Positions 36,144-42,867 of a stretch of DNA of 42,867 nt are shown here, piece by piece (positions within the stretch are counted from its first letter, which is position 1; each line of letters opens with the position of its first letter). A program made the position numbers and the translations under genes. Source of the DNA: an uncultured Acidimicrobiia bacterium (GTDB lineage: Bacteria; Actinomycetota; Aquicultoria; CAJVYJ01; JAUVQD01); assembly GCA_964196305.1 (NCBI GenBank), contig CAXMSJ010000077.1, positions 1-42,867 on the forward strand, read 5' to 3'. The notes beneath the pieces are model-generated. The model saw only the letters and a program-made list of their open reading frames with translations, was not told where the DNA came from and did no database searches.

Positions 36144-36852
36144 TTTTATTCAACAGCGCCGTCGCTCCTGCCTGGGTCGAGGCCCCGTAGTCGCCCCCGC
36201 GACAGACGTGGCCAGAAGTTCCCTGATGGCCGACCAAGATGGGTGTTTCTTGAAATCCGGTAAAGTTGCTCGAGTCGAGCGCCGTTCTAAACAAGTGCTC
36301 AATGTAGATGCCCGCACGATCTCTAACAGCAAAGTGGCATTTTGCAAGAGTGCTCAGATAGAGTGACTTGCTGCATTTATAGAATTCAGTCCGCAGCCTG
36401 TCCGGATCATCGGCGTGAAGCTCAAAGACAACTTCATCTGCTTCATGCAAACGCTGAATAGCACTGTAGTTGTTGACGTATTGCCTGCCGGTCATTTTGA
36501 AAAATGTTGGTTCCTCACGGAGCAGAGCGCTGTGTTCTAACGCATGTACCAGGATCTCCCCCTCGCCATAACCTTTTCCACGGGCAGATACGGTGTTCGC
36601 ATCACCCTGGAACAGGAGCACTTCTAGTTCAACGCCGGCACTTTTCGCTACTCTTTTTATGGGCTCAAAAACATTTCCAGGATTTGAGTTATCGCACAGG
36701 ACTATCCGGCTTACATGCGGATTACGAAACCAAGACAGCAAGCTGCAATAGGTCTCGAACAACCTGCGCGCGGGGTCGACGATGCTTAAGCGAAAGACAT
36801 TCGCAGCCGGTCGGATTGCGGAGGTCAGTAAGATGATGTTTTGATCTGTCAC
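36133..36852 (-). CDS. Hypothetical protein, possibly glycosyltransferase-like (polysaccharide-locus type)
   Basis: ILLTSAI, IVLCDNS, GKGYGE..I and FFKMTGR motifs. RBS AAGGAG precedes a GTG start. Confidence 0.6.
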   Translation of the reverse strand: MTDQNIILLTSAIRPAANVFRLSIVDPARRLFETYCSLLSWFRNPHVSRIVLCDNSNPGNVFEPIKRVAKSAGVELEVLLFQGDANTVSARGKGYGEGEILVHALEHSALLREEPTFFKMTGRQYVNNYSAIQRLHEADEVVFELHADDPDRLRTEFYKCSKSLYLSTLAKCHFAVRDRAGIYIEHLFRTALDSSNFTGFQETPILVGHQGTSGHVCRGGDYGASTQAGATALLNKIKL

Positions 36853-36881
36853 CCGGCTCCTTCTCTATACAAGCGGCCCGA

Positions 36882-37418
36882 TCATACGCGCCAAAGCTCG
36901 GGCCGATCTAGCGCATCTGCACAGGTAACTTTTCCACTTACGCTGTCAATTACACCAGGCCGAAGTTCTTGCACCATCCACGCATTTGCATGTTCTTCTG
37001 GGATTGGGTAAGGGGCAGCAAAGCCAAGAGGGCTCGCCGGCCTGAATTTATGACGTGTATAGTATCTGGGATCACCGAAAACAAATACTAGCTTGACTCC
37101 TGATTTCGACAGAAGCCCCAGGCCCTCTTTAATAAGTTGGCCGCCGACACCTTTATCTTGCTCTTCAGGAATGACAGCCAGCGGAGCAAGAATCACGGCT
37201 GATATTGGACCATCCGTACCAGCCAATTTTGCCTGTGTAAACAGTAGGTGGCCAACTGCTCGTTCACCATTTAGCGCAATGAGTGACAATAAAGGCATTG
37301 CGCTTGAATCGCACAGCAAATCATTTACAAGTTCAGATTCTTCATCGCTACCAAAAGCTCGGCTTTCGACACGTAACACATCACGCAAGTCTGATTCTGA
37401 CGATTCTCTAATTTCCAG
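36882..37418 (-). CDS. GNAT N-acetyltransferase (YhbS-like)
   Basis: Motifs VGHLLFT, LAPLAV.PEEQDKGVGGQLI and VFVFGDPRYY. The probable start is a CTG at 37418 after GAGGTG. Confidence 0.85.
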   Translation of the reverse strand: MEIRESSESDLRDVLRVESRAFGSDEESELVNDLLCDSSAMPLLSLIALNGERAVGHLLFTQAKLAGTDGPISAVILAPLAVIPEEQDKGVGGQLIKEGLGLLSKSGVKLVFVFGDPRYYTRHKFRPASPLGFAAPYPIPEEHANAWMVQELRPGVIDSVSGKVTCADALDRPELWRV

Positions 37419-37551
37419 TTCAATTCACCTCATTCGTGATACAAGCGCCACCCTAGAGTTTTGTTTTTGAGCGTAGCAGAGTGGATGCGATCGTGCGGAT
37501 AGCAAGCGACGATTTGATATACTGAGTGAGGGCACTATCAAGGAGGAAGCT

Positions 37552-37971
37552 TTGACTGAAGAACGAACGCCGCCAACACCAATAGCGCTGATAGGAGTGA
37601 TTGTCGCAGTCTTGTTTTTAGCGCTTATTCTGGGCGCCGAGGATCCCCCGGAAGAGACGATTGGTAGTTTGATCGGTCTTAGTATTGCCGCCTTGATTTC
37701 TTGGTGGGTTCTCAAAGATGCTGGAACTCGGGGCCTATCCAATAAAGGCGCTCAGGGCTGGGCCATTTTCACGTTCATTATCGTTATCCTTGGCTTACCG
37801 GCTTATCTGATCGCGAGGCCGAAGCGTGAAGTCAATCAGCAAGAGACTGAGGTGTATAGCACCGCAATGATAGCTGACAAGATAAGAGAGGTTGCTGTTC
37901 TTCGGAGCGAGGGGCTGGTCACCGACGAGCAATTTGAATCCAAGAAAGCGGAGTTGCTAGAAAAGATATGA
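37552..37971 (+). CDS. Membrane protein with a C-terminal SHOCT domain
   Basis: Three TM helices, 'DA..RG....WA...GL..YL..RP', and SHOCT-like LRSEGLVTDEQFESKKAELL. RBS AAGGAGG. Confidence 0.8.
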   Translation: MTEERTPPTPIALIGVIVAVLFLALILGAEDPPEETIGSLIGLSIAALISWWVLKDAGTRGLSNKGAQGWAIFTFIIVILGLPAYLIARPKREVNQQETEVYSTAMIADKIREVAVLRSEGLVTDEQFESKKAELLEKI

Positions 37972-37975
37972 GTTC

Positions 37976-38110
37976 ATGAAAACGATGACATGCCGACAGC
38001 TAGCTGGAGCTTGTGATCAAGAATTTCACGCAGAAACCTTTGAAGAGATGACGGAAATCACCAGCGGTAACTACACAAAGTCATATATCGTTAAGTTCTC
38101 ACTGCGGTGA
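37976..38110 (+). pseudogene. Truncated DUF1059-like small-protein gene
   Basis: MKTMTCRQLAGACDQEFHAETFEEM matches the family N-terminus (MKT.TC..LGG.C..EF.A.T.EE). Similarity is lost afterwards and the frame stops at 44 aa. Confidence 0.55.
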
Positions 38111-38215
38111 TTTACGTGTTGCCGCAAGCCGTTGGCAAAATAGAGCTCGAAGAGCGGAAGGGTGTGGAGCTTTGGGTCACCATTCGAACGCTCTACCTTG
38201 GATGCTCAACAGTCA

Positions 38216-38776
38216 TTATTCAGTAGTCTTCTTGCCCAGATCTGATAAATACGAGTCGACCCACTCGATATCTCCTTTCAACAGGAATATGGGCCTGGTC
38301 GCCACTCCGAATCGATGGGGCGGACAGCCGCTGTCCCGTAGGAATTTCAGGAGAGCTTCGTAACCAGCGATCTTCTCTTGCAACGTCGACCGGTATTGCT
38401 CAAGTGCCGTTCGTGTCGCTTTGTGAGAGAGCAGGCTTGAGTTATAGGTAGCGATGTCGATTTGCCACTTCATATGTTCCGGCTCGCTTAAAAGAGCCTT
38501 TAGTTTGCCCCTAAGAACCTTCTTACCCTCAGGGCTTATCGTGTATAGCTTGCGAAGGCGGTTTTCAGAGCTGATCTCGTTTGTTCGTTCGACGAAACCG
38601 TCTTCTTCAAGATCTTTAAGCAATTTGTAAATTGAAGACATCGAGAGATCTGTCCAGGAGCGCATATCGCGATATTTCACTTCCTGCTCTATTTGATATG
38701 GATGCATCGGTCCCTCGGACAGCAGCCCCAAAAGGGCAGTTTTAGTGTTCGTTAACTCGCTCACAACTCTCTCCAA
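38216..38776 (-). CDS. PadR family transcriptional regulator
   Basis: LLGLLSEGPMHPYQI, SSIYKLL..LE.DG.V and RKLYTISPEG. Confidence 0.9.
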   Translation of the reverse strand: MERVVSELTNTKTALLGLLSEGPMHPYQIEQEVKYRDMRSWTDLSMSSIYKLLKDLEEDGFVERTNEISSENRLRKLYTISPEGKKVLRGKLKALLSEPEHMKWQIDIATYNSSLLSHKATRTALEQYRSTLQEKIAGYEALLKFLRDSGCPPHRFGVATRPIFLLKGDIEWVDSYLSDLGKKTTE

Positions 38777-38794
38777 TCCAAATCTTGATAATTA

Positions 38795-38818
38795 TACGTA
38801 TCTAATATTACTTACGTA
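38795..38818. promoter_or_regulatory. Imperfect palindrome TACGTA-tc-TAATATTA-ct-TACGTA, putative PadR operator
   Basis: It lies between a minus-strand TTGACG...TATAAT promoter and the padR start. Confidence 0.6.
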
Positions 38819-38880
38819 CAATATTATATACATATAGTATTCGCGTCAAGTCCTGTCAGTGAAGCTAGAGTGCTACAATT

Positions 38881-38906
38881 AGGGCGGCCCCCGAAGGGGC
38901 CGCCCT
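38881..38906 (-). terminator. GC-rich hairpin with an 11-bp stem and a cUUCGg loop on the minus strand
   Basis: AGGGCGGCCCC-TTCG-GGGGCCGCCCT lies 26 nt after the stop of the 38933-39721 gene. The U-tract is weak. Confidence 0.75.
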
Positions 38907-38932
38907 TGCGCCGAGTCAAAAGACCTAAACCA

Positions 38933-39721
38933 TCAACTTCCGGGGGAAGTGTGCGTGTACTCGATCAAGACTCTGCCGGCTAGTACGTTTTTGGAATTGC
39001 CATTGAATTTCACTTGAAGAAAGTAGCTGTAGTTGAGATTGTCTACAACGTCTTTGCCTGTTGCAATAGATGTGTCTACCAGGTTTTGCCATCCAGAGGC
39101 AACTGACCCAGCTGATGTTGCGTGGCTGGCTAGGGGCGACAAGTCCGCCGCGCTGCCTGAAACACTTCTTCTCAGCAGCATCCAAGCTATACCTAAAGAC
39201 GGGTCGTTGTCGTGCGTTTCAAAAGTTACCTTGGTCACTTTTGCGTTATCTGGAAGCTGGACAGGTGCAAAGAATTTTTGCGTGCCTACCCCCGTGGAAT
39301 AGAGGGAATAGCCGCTATTCTGTGAATACGTGTGGTTTTGTGTTTCAGGGGTAAAAGCGCTCGCGTGAACTGACACGTGGCCCGTTTTTGTCGTGTTGAA
39401 ATTAATCTTAGAGTCAGAGATGGCAGCTTTCGGGGAGATGTCCCTATTCTGAATGGTGCCGTCAAGGATCTTGTAGGTATTGACAGCACTGCTATGGATA
39501 TCTTCCTTCAAGATGGTGTAGTCCTTGATTCTAGAAGAGCTAATCTTGTTGGGACGGATATCACGGTTGAGGATCGTGCCATCCTTGATATGAGTGCTCG
39601 TCACCGAACCTTCGCTCACCGAGGCAATCACAGGGGCTACTACCATCGACAATAACAGCATTACGGAAAACAGGTAGGCAGTTCCATTTACAAGCATCTT
39701 ACTCGTTCTCTTTCTTTTCAT
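38933..39721 (-). CDS. Exported protein with short 'I.D.TI...DI' repeats and a C-terminal beta-sandwich
   Basis: RBS AAGGAG precedes ATG 39721. A signal peptide is followed by three 20-aa-period repeats (IKDGTILNRDI, IKDYTILKEDI, ILDGTIQNRDI). Confidence 0.75.
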   Translation of the reverse strand: MKRKRTSKMLVNGTAYLFSVMLLLSMVVAPVIASVSEGSVTSTHIKDGTILNRDIRPNKISSSRIKDYTILKEDIHSSAVNTYKILDGTIQNRDISPKAAISDSKINFNTTKTGHVSVHASAFTPETQNHTYSQNSGYSLYSTGVGTQKFFAPVQLPDNAKVTKVTFETHDNDPSLGIAWMLLRRSVSGSAADLSPLASHATSAGSVASGWQNLVDTSIATGKDVVDNLNYSYFLQVKFNGNSKNVLAGRVLIEYTHTSPGS

Positions 39722-39825
39722 TCCAGGCACTCCTTAGGGTGGGTGAACGTTGAATTCAGTATACCGAAAGAGGTCGGTTGACAGAGACGCTTGGGGGATG
39801 ATCCTCGAGCTTGGGCGTGGTCGTG

Positions 39826-40182
39826 TCAGTCGGCTTGGGGCGCTTCCGGCACTAGTGGGTCGAGTAGTTCCGCTAATTCTCGAATATGAACAGTCGCTAA
39901 AACCCAAATCAGCCCGGGTGCGATGTCGCGATACTCATGCGCAAGCACATTTCTCTGTCCAATAATCTTGCGCCATGGAATCTTTGGGTGGCCATTCTGA
40001 AACTCTATCGACACTCGATTAGCGGCTTCTCCGATTATTTCGACCTGACGCTCCGTAGCTGAGCTCAAAAGCAGGTCACCTTGATACTCCTCAAAGGTCT
40101 TGTTCGAAATGAAATCAGCTACATTTCGGGCTGCCTCACGCATGTCCCACAAGCACGCAGCATCTCGATCACTAGGCCGCAT
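39826..40182 (-). CDS. HEPN/DUF86 ribonuclease toxin (HepT-like)
   Basis: EIIGEAA, IPWRKI and RNVLAHEY (the Rx4HxY motif). Confidence 0.92.
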   Translation of the reverse strand: MRPSDRDAACLWDMREAARNVADFISNKTFEEYQGDLLLSSATERQVEIIGEAANRVSIEFQNGHPKIPWRKIIGQRNVLAHEYRDIAPGLIWVLATVHIRELAELLDPLVPEAPQAD

Positions 40183-40486
40183 ATATGATTTGGTTGTTCC
40201 CTAGAATGGCATGACGGCGAAAAGGATTTCGCAGACCTGTTTTTTCCACCACATCAATTTTGCGCCCAAAGATTGCCTCTAGCTCATCTTTGACTTCAAC
40301 AATATCAAATAATGACGCTTGGTAGTCCGGCAAGAACTCAATCAACACGTCGATGTCGCTTTCTGGAGTAAAATTTCCAGTTAAGACCGAGCCAAAAAGA
40401 GCCAACTCTTTGAGTGCGTGCCGCTTGGCCAGTGACACAAGCTTGTCGGTCGGTACGTCGATCCTGATGTTGATGTTGTCTGACAT
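40172..40486 (-). CDS. Minimal nucleotidyltransferase (MNT) antitoxin (MntA-like)
   Basis: LFGSVLTGNFTPESDIDVL (GSx10DxD) and FGRKIDVV. It overlaps the HEPN gene. TATAAT ends 6 nt before ATG 40486. Confidence 0.92.
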   Translation of the reverse strand: MSDNINIRIDVPTDKLVSLAKRHALKELALFGSVLTGNFTPESDIDVLIEFLPDYQASLFDIVEVKDELEAIFGRKIDVVEKTGLRNPFRRHAILGNNQIIYAA

Positions 40487-40640
40487 AGAAACATTATAAC
40501 CTTTGCTTGGCAACGTAACGATATCAAGGCGTAGATTCCGAAAATCTGCGGTGAACAAGCATGGTTCTGGATCGGAGTTGATGTGGGCCTTAGGGGGTGA
40601 TCTTCGAACCTGGCGCGCACGGCCTTTTCGTGAAGTCTGG

Positions 40641-41465
40641 CTAATCTAGTTGAAAAGGCTTCATTGACCTAGCGATAGCGACCAGCGTATCTAGCTGCGT
40701 GCCATCTTTGCTGTGTGATCCAGTAATTATGTACATTACGTTTCCTTGCTGCCACATAACGACCGGAAGTATCGGCGTCTTGTCGTAATCACTAAAAACA
40801 TTGAAGCCAGGCGGGCGAGCATACCCTTCAATTCCGTTGATATCTATGACTTTTGGATCTATCTCCGCCTTGGATATGCCTTCTTGTCTCTCTTTTTTGT
40901 AGCTCTCAATCATCTCGGTGGGATCCATTTTCTCATTGGCCACATTGATCCTTATGAGAACGGCCTCTCTACGATCAAAGCTCTTTGGGTCTAATTTTTT
41001 CGAGCCATCATTAAAGTACATATGAATCTCAGGTGGCAACTTGCCATAATTGGGATCGTCGTGATCGACAACTGGCATCAGATAGATGCCGGTTAAGCTC
41101 TTAATTTCAGCAGCAGCACTTGGATCAACTTGTTGCAACTGCGTAAAGTCTGGGTAGATAAACCCCTCTCTCAGGTCGCCGAAGAGATGGTCGAGCACCT
41201 TGAACGGGGTAGTAAATATGGGCGGGTCATCATGGGCAATCAACTCTTCAAACTTTCGGATCTCAGCCTCTGTCGATTGATCTCTTGCCTGCATGAGTCC
41301 GCTACGGTTTCTGGCGGGTGCTTCAAATTCAGAAGTTTGAGTTTCTAAGGTTATACCAGTCTGTTTTGTCCCAGATGCAATGTAGTACCCAGCAGCTCCA
41401 GTTGATAAGAGGAGAAACAGAGAGATGGCTGCCAATTTCTTTATATTACTAGCTTGCATCACCAT
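40641..41465 (-). CDS. Hypothetical membrane-anchored/exported protein; C-terminus DUF4367-like
   Basis: An N-terminal hydrophobic helix and a C-terminal 'IDINGIEGY...V.WQQGNVMYIITG....L..IA.SM' pattern. Confidence 0.65.
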   Translation of the reverse strand: MVMQASNIKKLAAISLFLLLSTGAAGYYIASGTKQTGITLETQTSEFEAPARNRSGLMQARDQSTEAEIRKFEELIAHDDPPIFTTPFKVLDHLFGDLREGFIYPDFTQLQQVDPSAAAEIKSLTGIYLMPVVDHDDPNYGKLPPEIHMYFNDGSKKLDPKSFDRREAVLIRINVANEKMDPTEMIESYKKERQEGISKAEIDPKVIDINGIEGYARPPGFNVFSDYDKTPILPVVMWQQGNVMYIITGSHSKDGTQLDTLVAIARSMKPFQLD

Positions 41466-41706
41466 TACAAGAGTTTAGCGGCTCAATGTTTGGTTTACGA
41501 ATGGATGGGCTGCGGATTTGAGAATTGAGAAGATGTGGCGCGGTTTGATGGCGACTCGTTGTTTTGAACCCAAGCTTCCTGAGTTCTTTCTTTATTCTCT
41601 GCGACCGGCAACCCCGAAAACACCTTGCGCACACAGGGCTTCCCTTACCAGCGATTTTACAGCCATTTGCGGATTCATCCCTGAGAAAGACGGGTATAAC
41701 ACGCTT

Positions 41707-42492
41707 ATGAACAGCCAACAACTTATCAAGCTTAACGGCAAGACAGCCATTGTCACCGGCGGTGCTATGGGTATCGGTTTTGGTATCGCTTATCGCTTGG
41801 CGGAAGCCGGAGCTAGCGTGGTCGTCGCTGATTTAAACGAGGAAGTCGGTCGTACCGCAGTCAAAGAATTGACCGATAAGGGTTTTAAGGCGGCGTTCAT
41901 AAAAACCGATGTTGCCAATGAAGAGGAAGTAAAGGCAGCGACCGACTTTGCTACAAAAACATATGGGGGCATTGATATTCTGGTCAATAATGCCGGCATC
42001 TTTCCGCAAATTCCAGTGATGCAGATGGAGACAGCCGATTTTGACAGAATCTTAGACGTTAACCTTAAAAGCGTTTTTCTTTTTACCAGAGCCGTGTCCA
42101 GCGTCATGATCGAGCAAGGTAGGGGCGGTAAAATTATCAACATCACCTCAATCGATGCCCTGCACCCTTCCGCCGTCGGACTTGCGGTGTATGATGCCTC
42201 CAAACATGGTCTTTGGGGGTTTACCAAAAATACTGCGTTGGAGCTTGCGCCGCATAATATCTACGTTAACGCTATCGCCCCTGGAGGCATTGCGACGCCA
42301 GGCACCGGAGCCGGCATGCCGGTGAGCCCCGATATGCAAGCGTTAGTGAAACTGTTCTTGGAAAAAATCCCGATGAAGCGCATGGGCGAGCCGGACGAGA
42401 TTGGGAAAGTTGCTCTGTTCCTTGCTTCAGACCTCGCCAGCTACATGACCGGATCCCAGGTCGTAGTCGATGGCGGCGTTCTACTTTCGTAG
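41707..42492 (+). CDS. Classical short-chain dehydrogenase/reductase (SDR)
   Basis: Motifs TGGAMGIG, DILVNNAG, catalytic S and YDASK, and VNAIAPG. The start is at MNSQQ (41707). Confidence 0.93.
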   Translation: MNSQQLIKLNGKTAIVTGGAMGIGFGIAYRLAEAGASVVVADLNEEVGRTAVKELTDKGFKAAFIKTDVANEEEVKAATDFATKTYGGIDILVNNAGIFPQIPVMQMETADFDRILDVNLKSVFLFTRAVSSVMIEQGRGGKIINITSIDALHPSAVGLAVYDASKHGLWGFTKNTALELAPHNIYVNAIAPGGIATPGTGAGMPVSPDMQALVKLFLEKIPMKRMGEPDEIGKVALFLASDLASYMTGSQVVVDGGVLLS

Positions 42493-42531
42493 CTATAGAT
42501 TTGGCCACCGTCAATGCGGGAGCAGCCCCCC

Positions 42532-42867
42532 TTACTCCTCTTCGGCGATGTAGCCGGGGCTTTGGCCATATGGCCAGAAGTCCTCTTTGTCGCCCGCTTC
42601 CCATTTCTCGCGCAGACCTGGAGCGCTTAGATCCCAATCAGAGCGGCATTTTCGGGTGATAGTTCGAAAGTCCTGGCGTAGCTCTTCAGTCGTGGGGCGC
42701 CCCCAGTACCAGTAGCCCATGTAGATACTGTGAACAACAAGATTTGGCTCCAGCATGATCGTGTGCGGGATCATCGGCTTGTGGAAGGCGTCCGTGTACT
42801 CCTCGATATCGAGATCGCCCTGGACAACTCTCTCCACATCGCTTAAGAAAGTCCAGGAAACCCCCAG
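42532..42867 (-). CDS. Redoxin/peroxiredoxin-like protein, C-terminal part (5'-partial)
   Basis: The frame is open to the window edge: LGVSWTFLSDVERVVQGDLDIEEYTD...IPHTIMLEP...YMGYWYWGRPT.EEL, which fits the C-terminal half of a thioredoxin-fold redoxin. Confidence 0.7.
   Translation of the reverse strand: MGVSWTFLSDVERVVQGDLDIEEYTDAFHKPMIPHTIMLEPNLVVHSIYMGYWYWGRPTTEELRQDFRTITRKCRSDWDLSAPGLREKWEAGDKEDFWPYGQSPGYIAEEE

Noticed and set aside
38060-38145. Second possible attC-like end (GCCGTTGGCAA)
   Set aside because: There is no convincing complementary R'' box or hairpin at a suitable distance.
41600-41655. Possible c-di-GMP riboswitch in the leader of the 40641-41465 gene (minus strand ...CGGGGTTGCCG)
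   Set aside because: Only the 3' end resembles the class I motif. The GGCAAA / GNRA-loop / GCAAA core is not recognisable. An Rfam cmscan would be decisive.
1-42867. Prophage, IS element, tRNA/rRNA or CRISPR array
   Set aside because: I recognised no integrase, transposase, phage structural gene, cloverleaf or regularly spaced repeat by eye.

Overview
A 42.9-kb, gene-dense window, mostly moderately high in GC, from a bacterial chromosome. The host is probably an anaerobic monoderm, possibly a deep-branching Actinomycetota lineage; this is inferred from gene content and many leaderless-type promoters, not proven. I saw no rRNA, tRNA, CRISPR array, integrase or transposase. The left end is the most notable part: the 3' portion (>1240 aa) of a giant extracellular protein with a tandemly duplicated Ig-like stalk, an FN3 domain, a ZU5-like domain and nine CxxCH haem motifs, with a sugar-binding-like beta-sandwich inserted between haems 1 and 2. 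It is followed by overlapping genes for membrane-anchored TPR and NHL beta-propeller proteins, together a candidate Gram-positive extracellular electron-transfer module. Next come a bactofilin-like membrane protein, purM, a stand-alone MEDS sensor, a GldA / fused GldF-GldG / DUF4340 ABC system with a polysaccharide deacetylase, PIN-PhoH, and a TetR with an 18-bp palindromic operator. A run of NarX/PilJ-sensor diguanylate cyclase, Zn-dehydrogenase and lsrF follows, then pirin and a SlyD-type PPIase. The centre holds a copA-csoR copper locus with its operator, and a 54-aa Cys10/His3 metallothionein-like gene divergent from an SQR-family gene across a second 18-bp palindrome. After a degenerate HD-GYP protein, the right side is a patchy accessory region with AT-richer genes, two unannotated pseudogene remnants and an MNT-HEPN toxin-antitoxin pair. 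All product calls come from motif recognition by eye; no database search was run.
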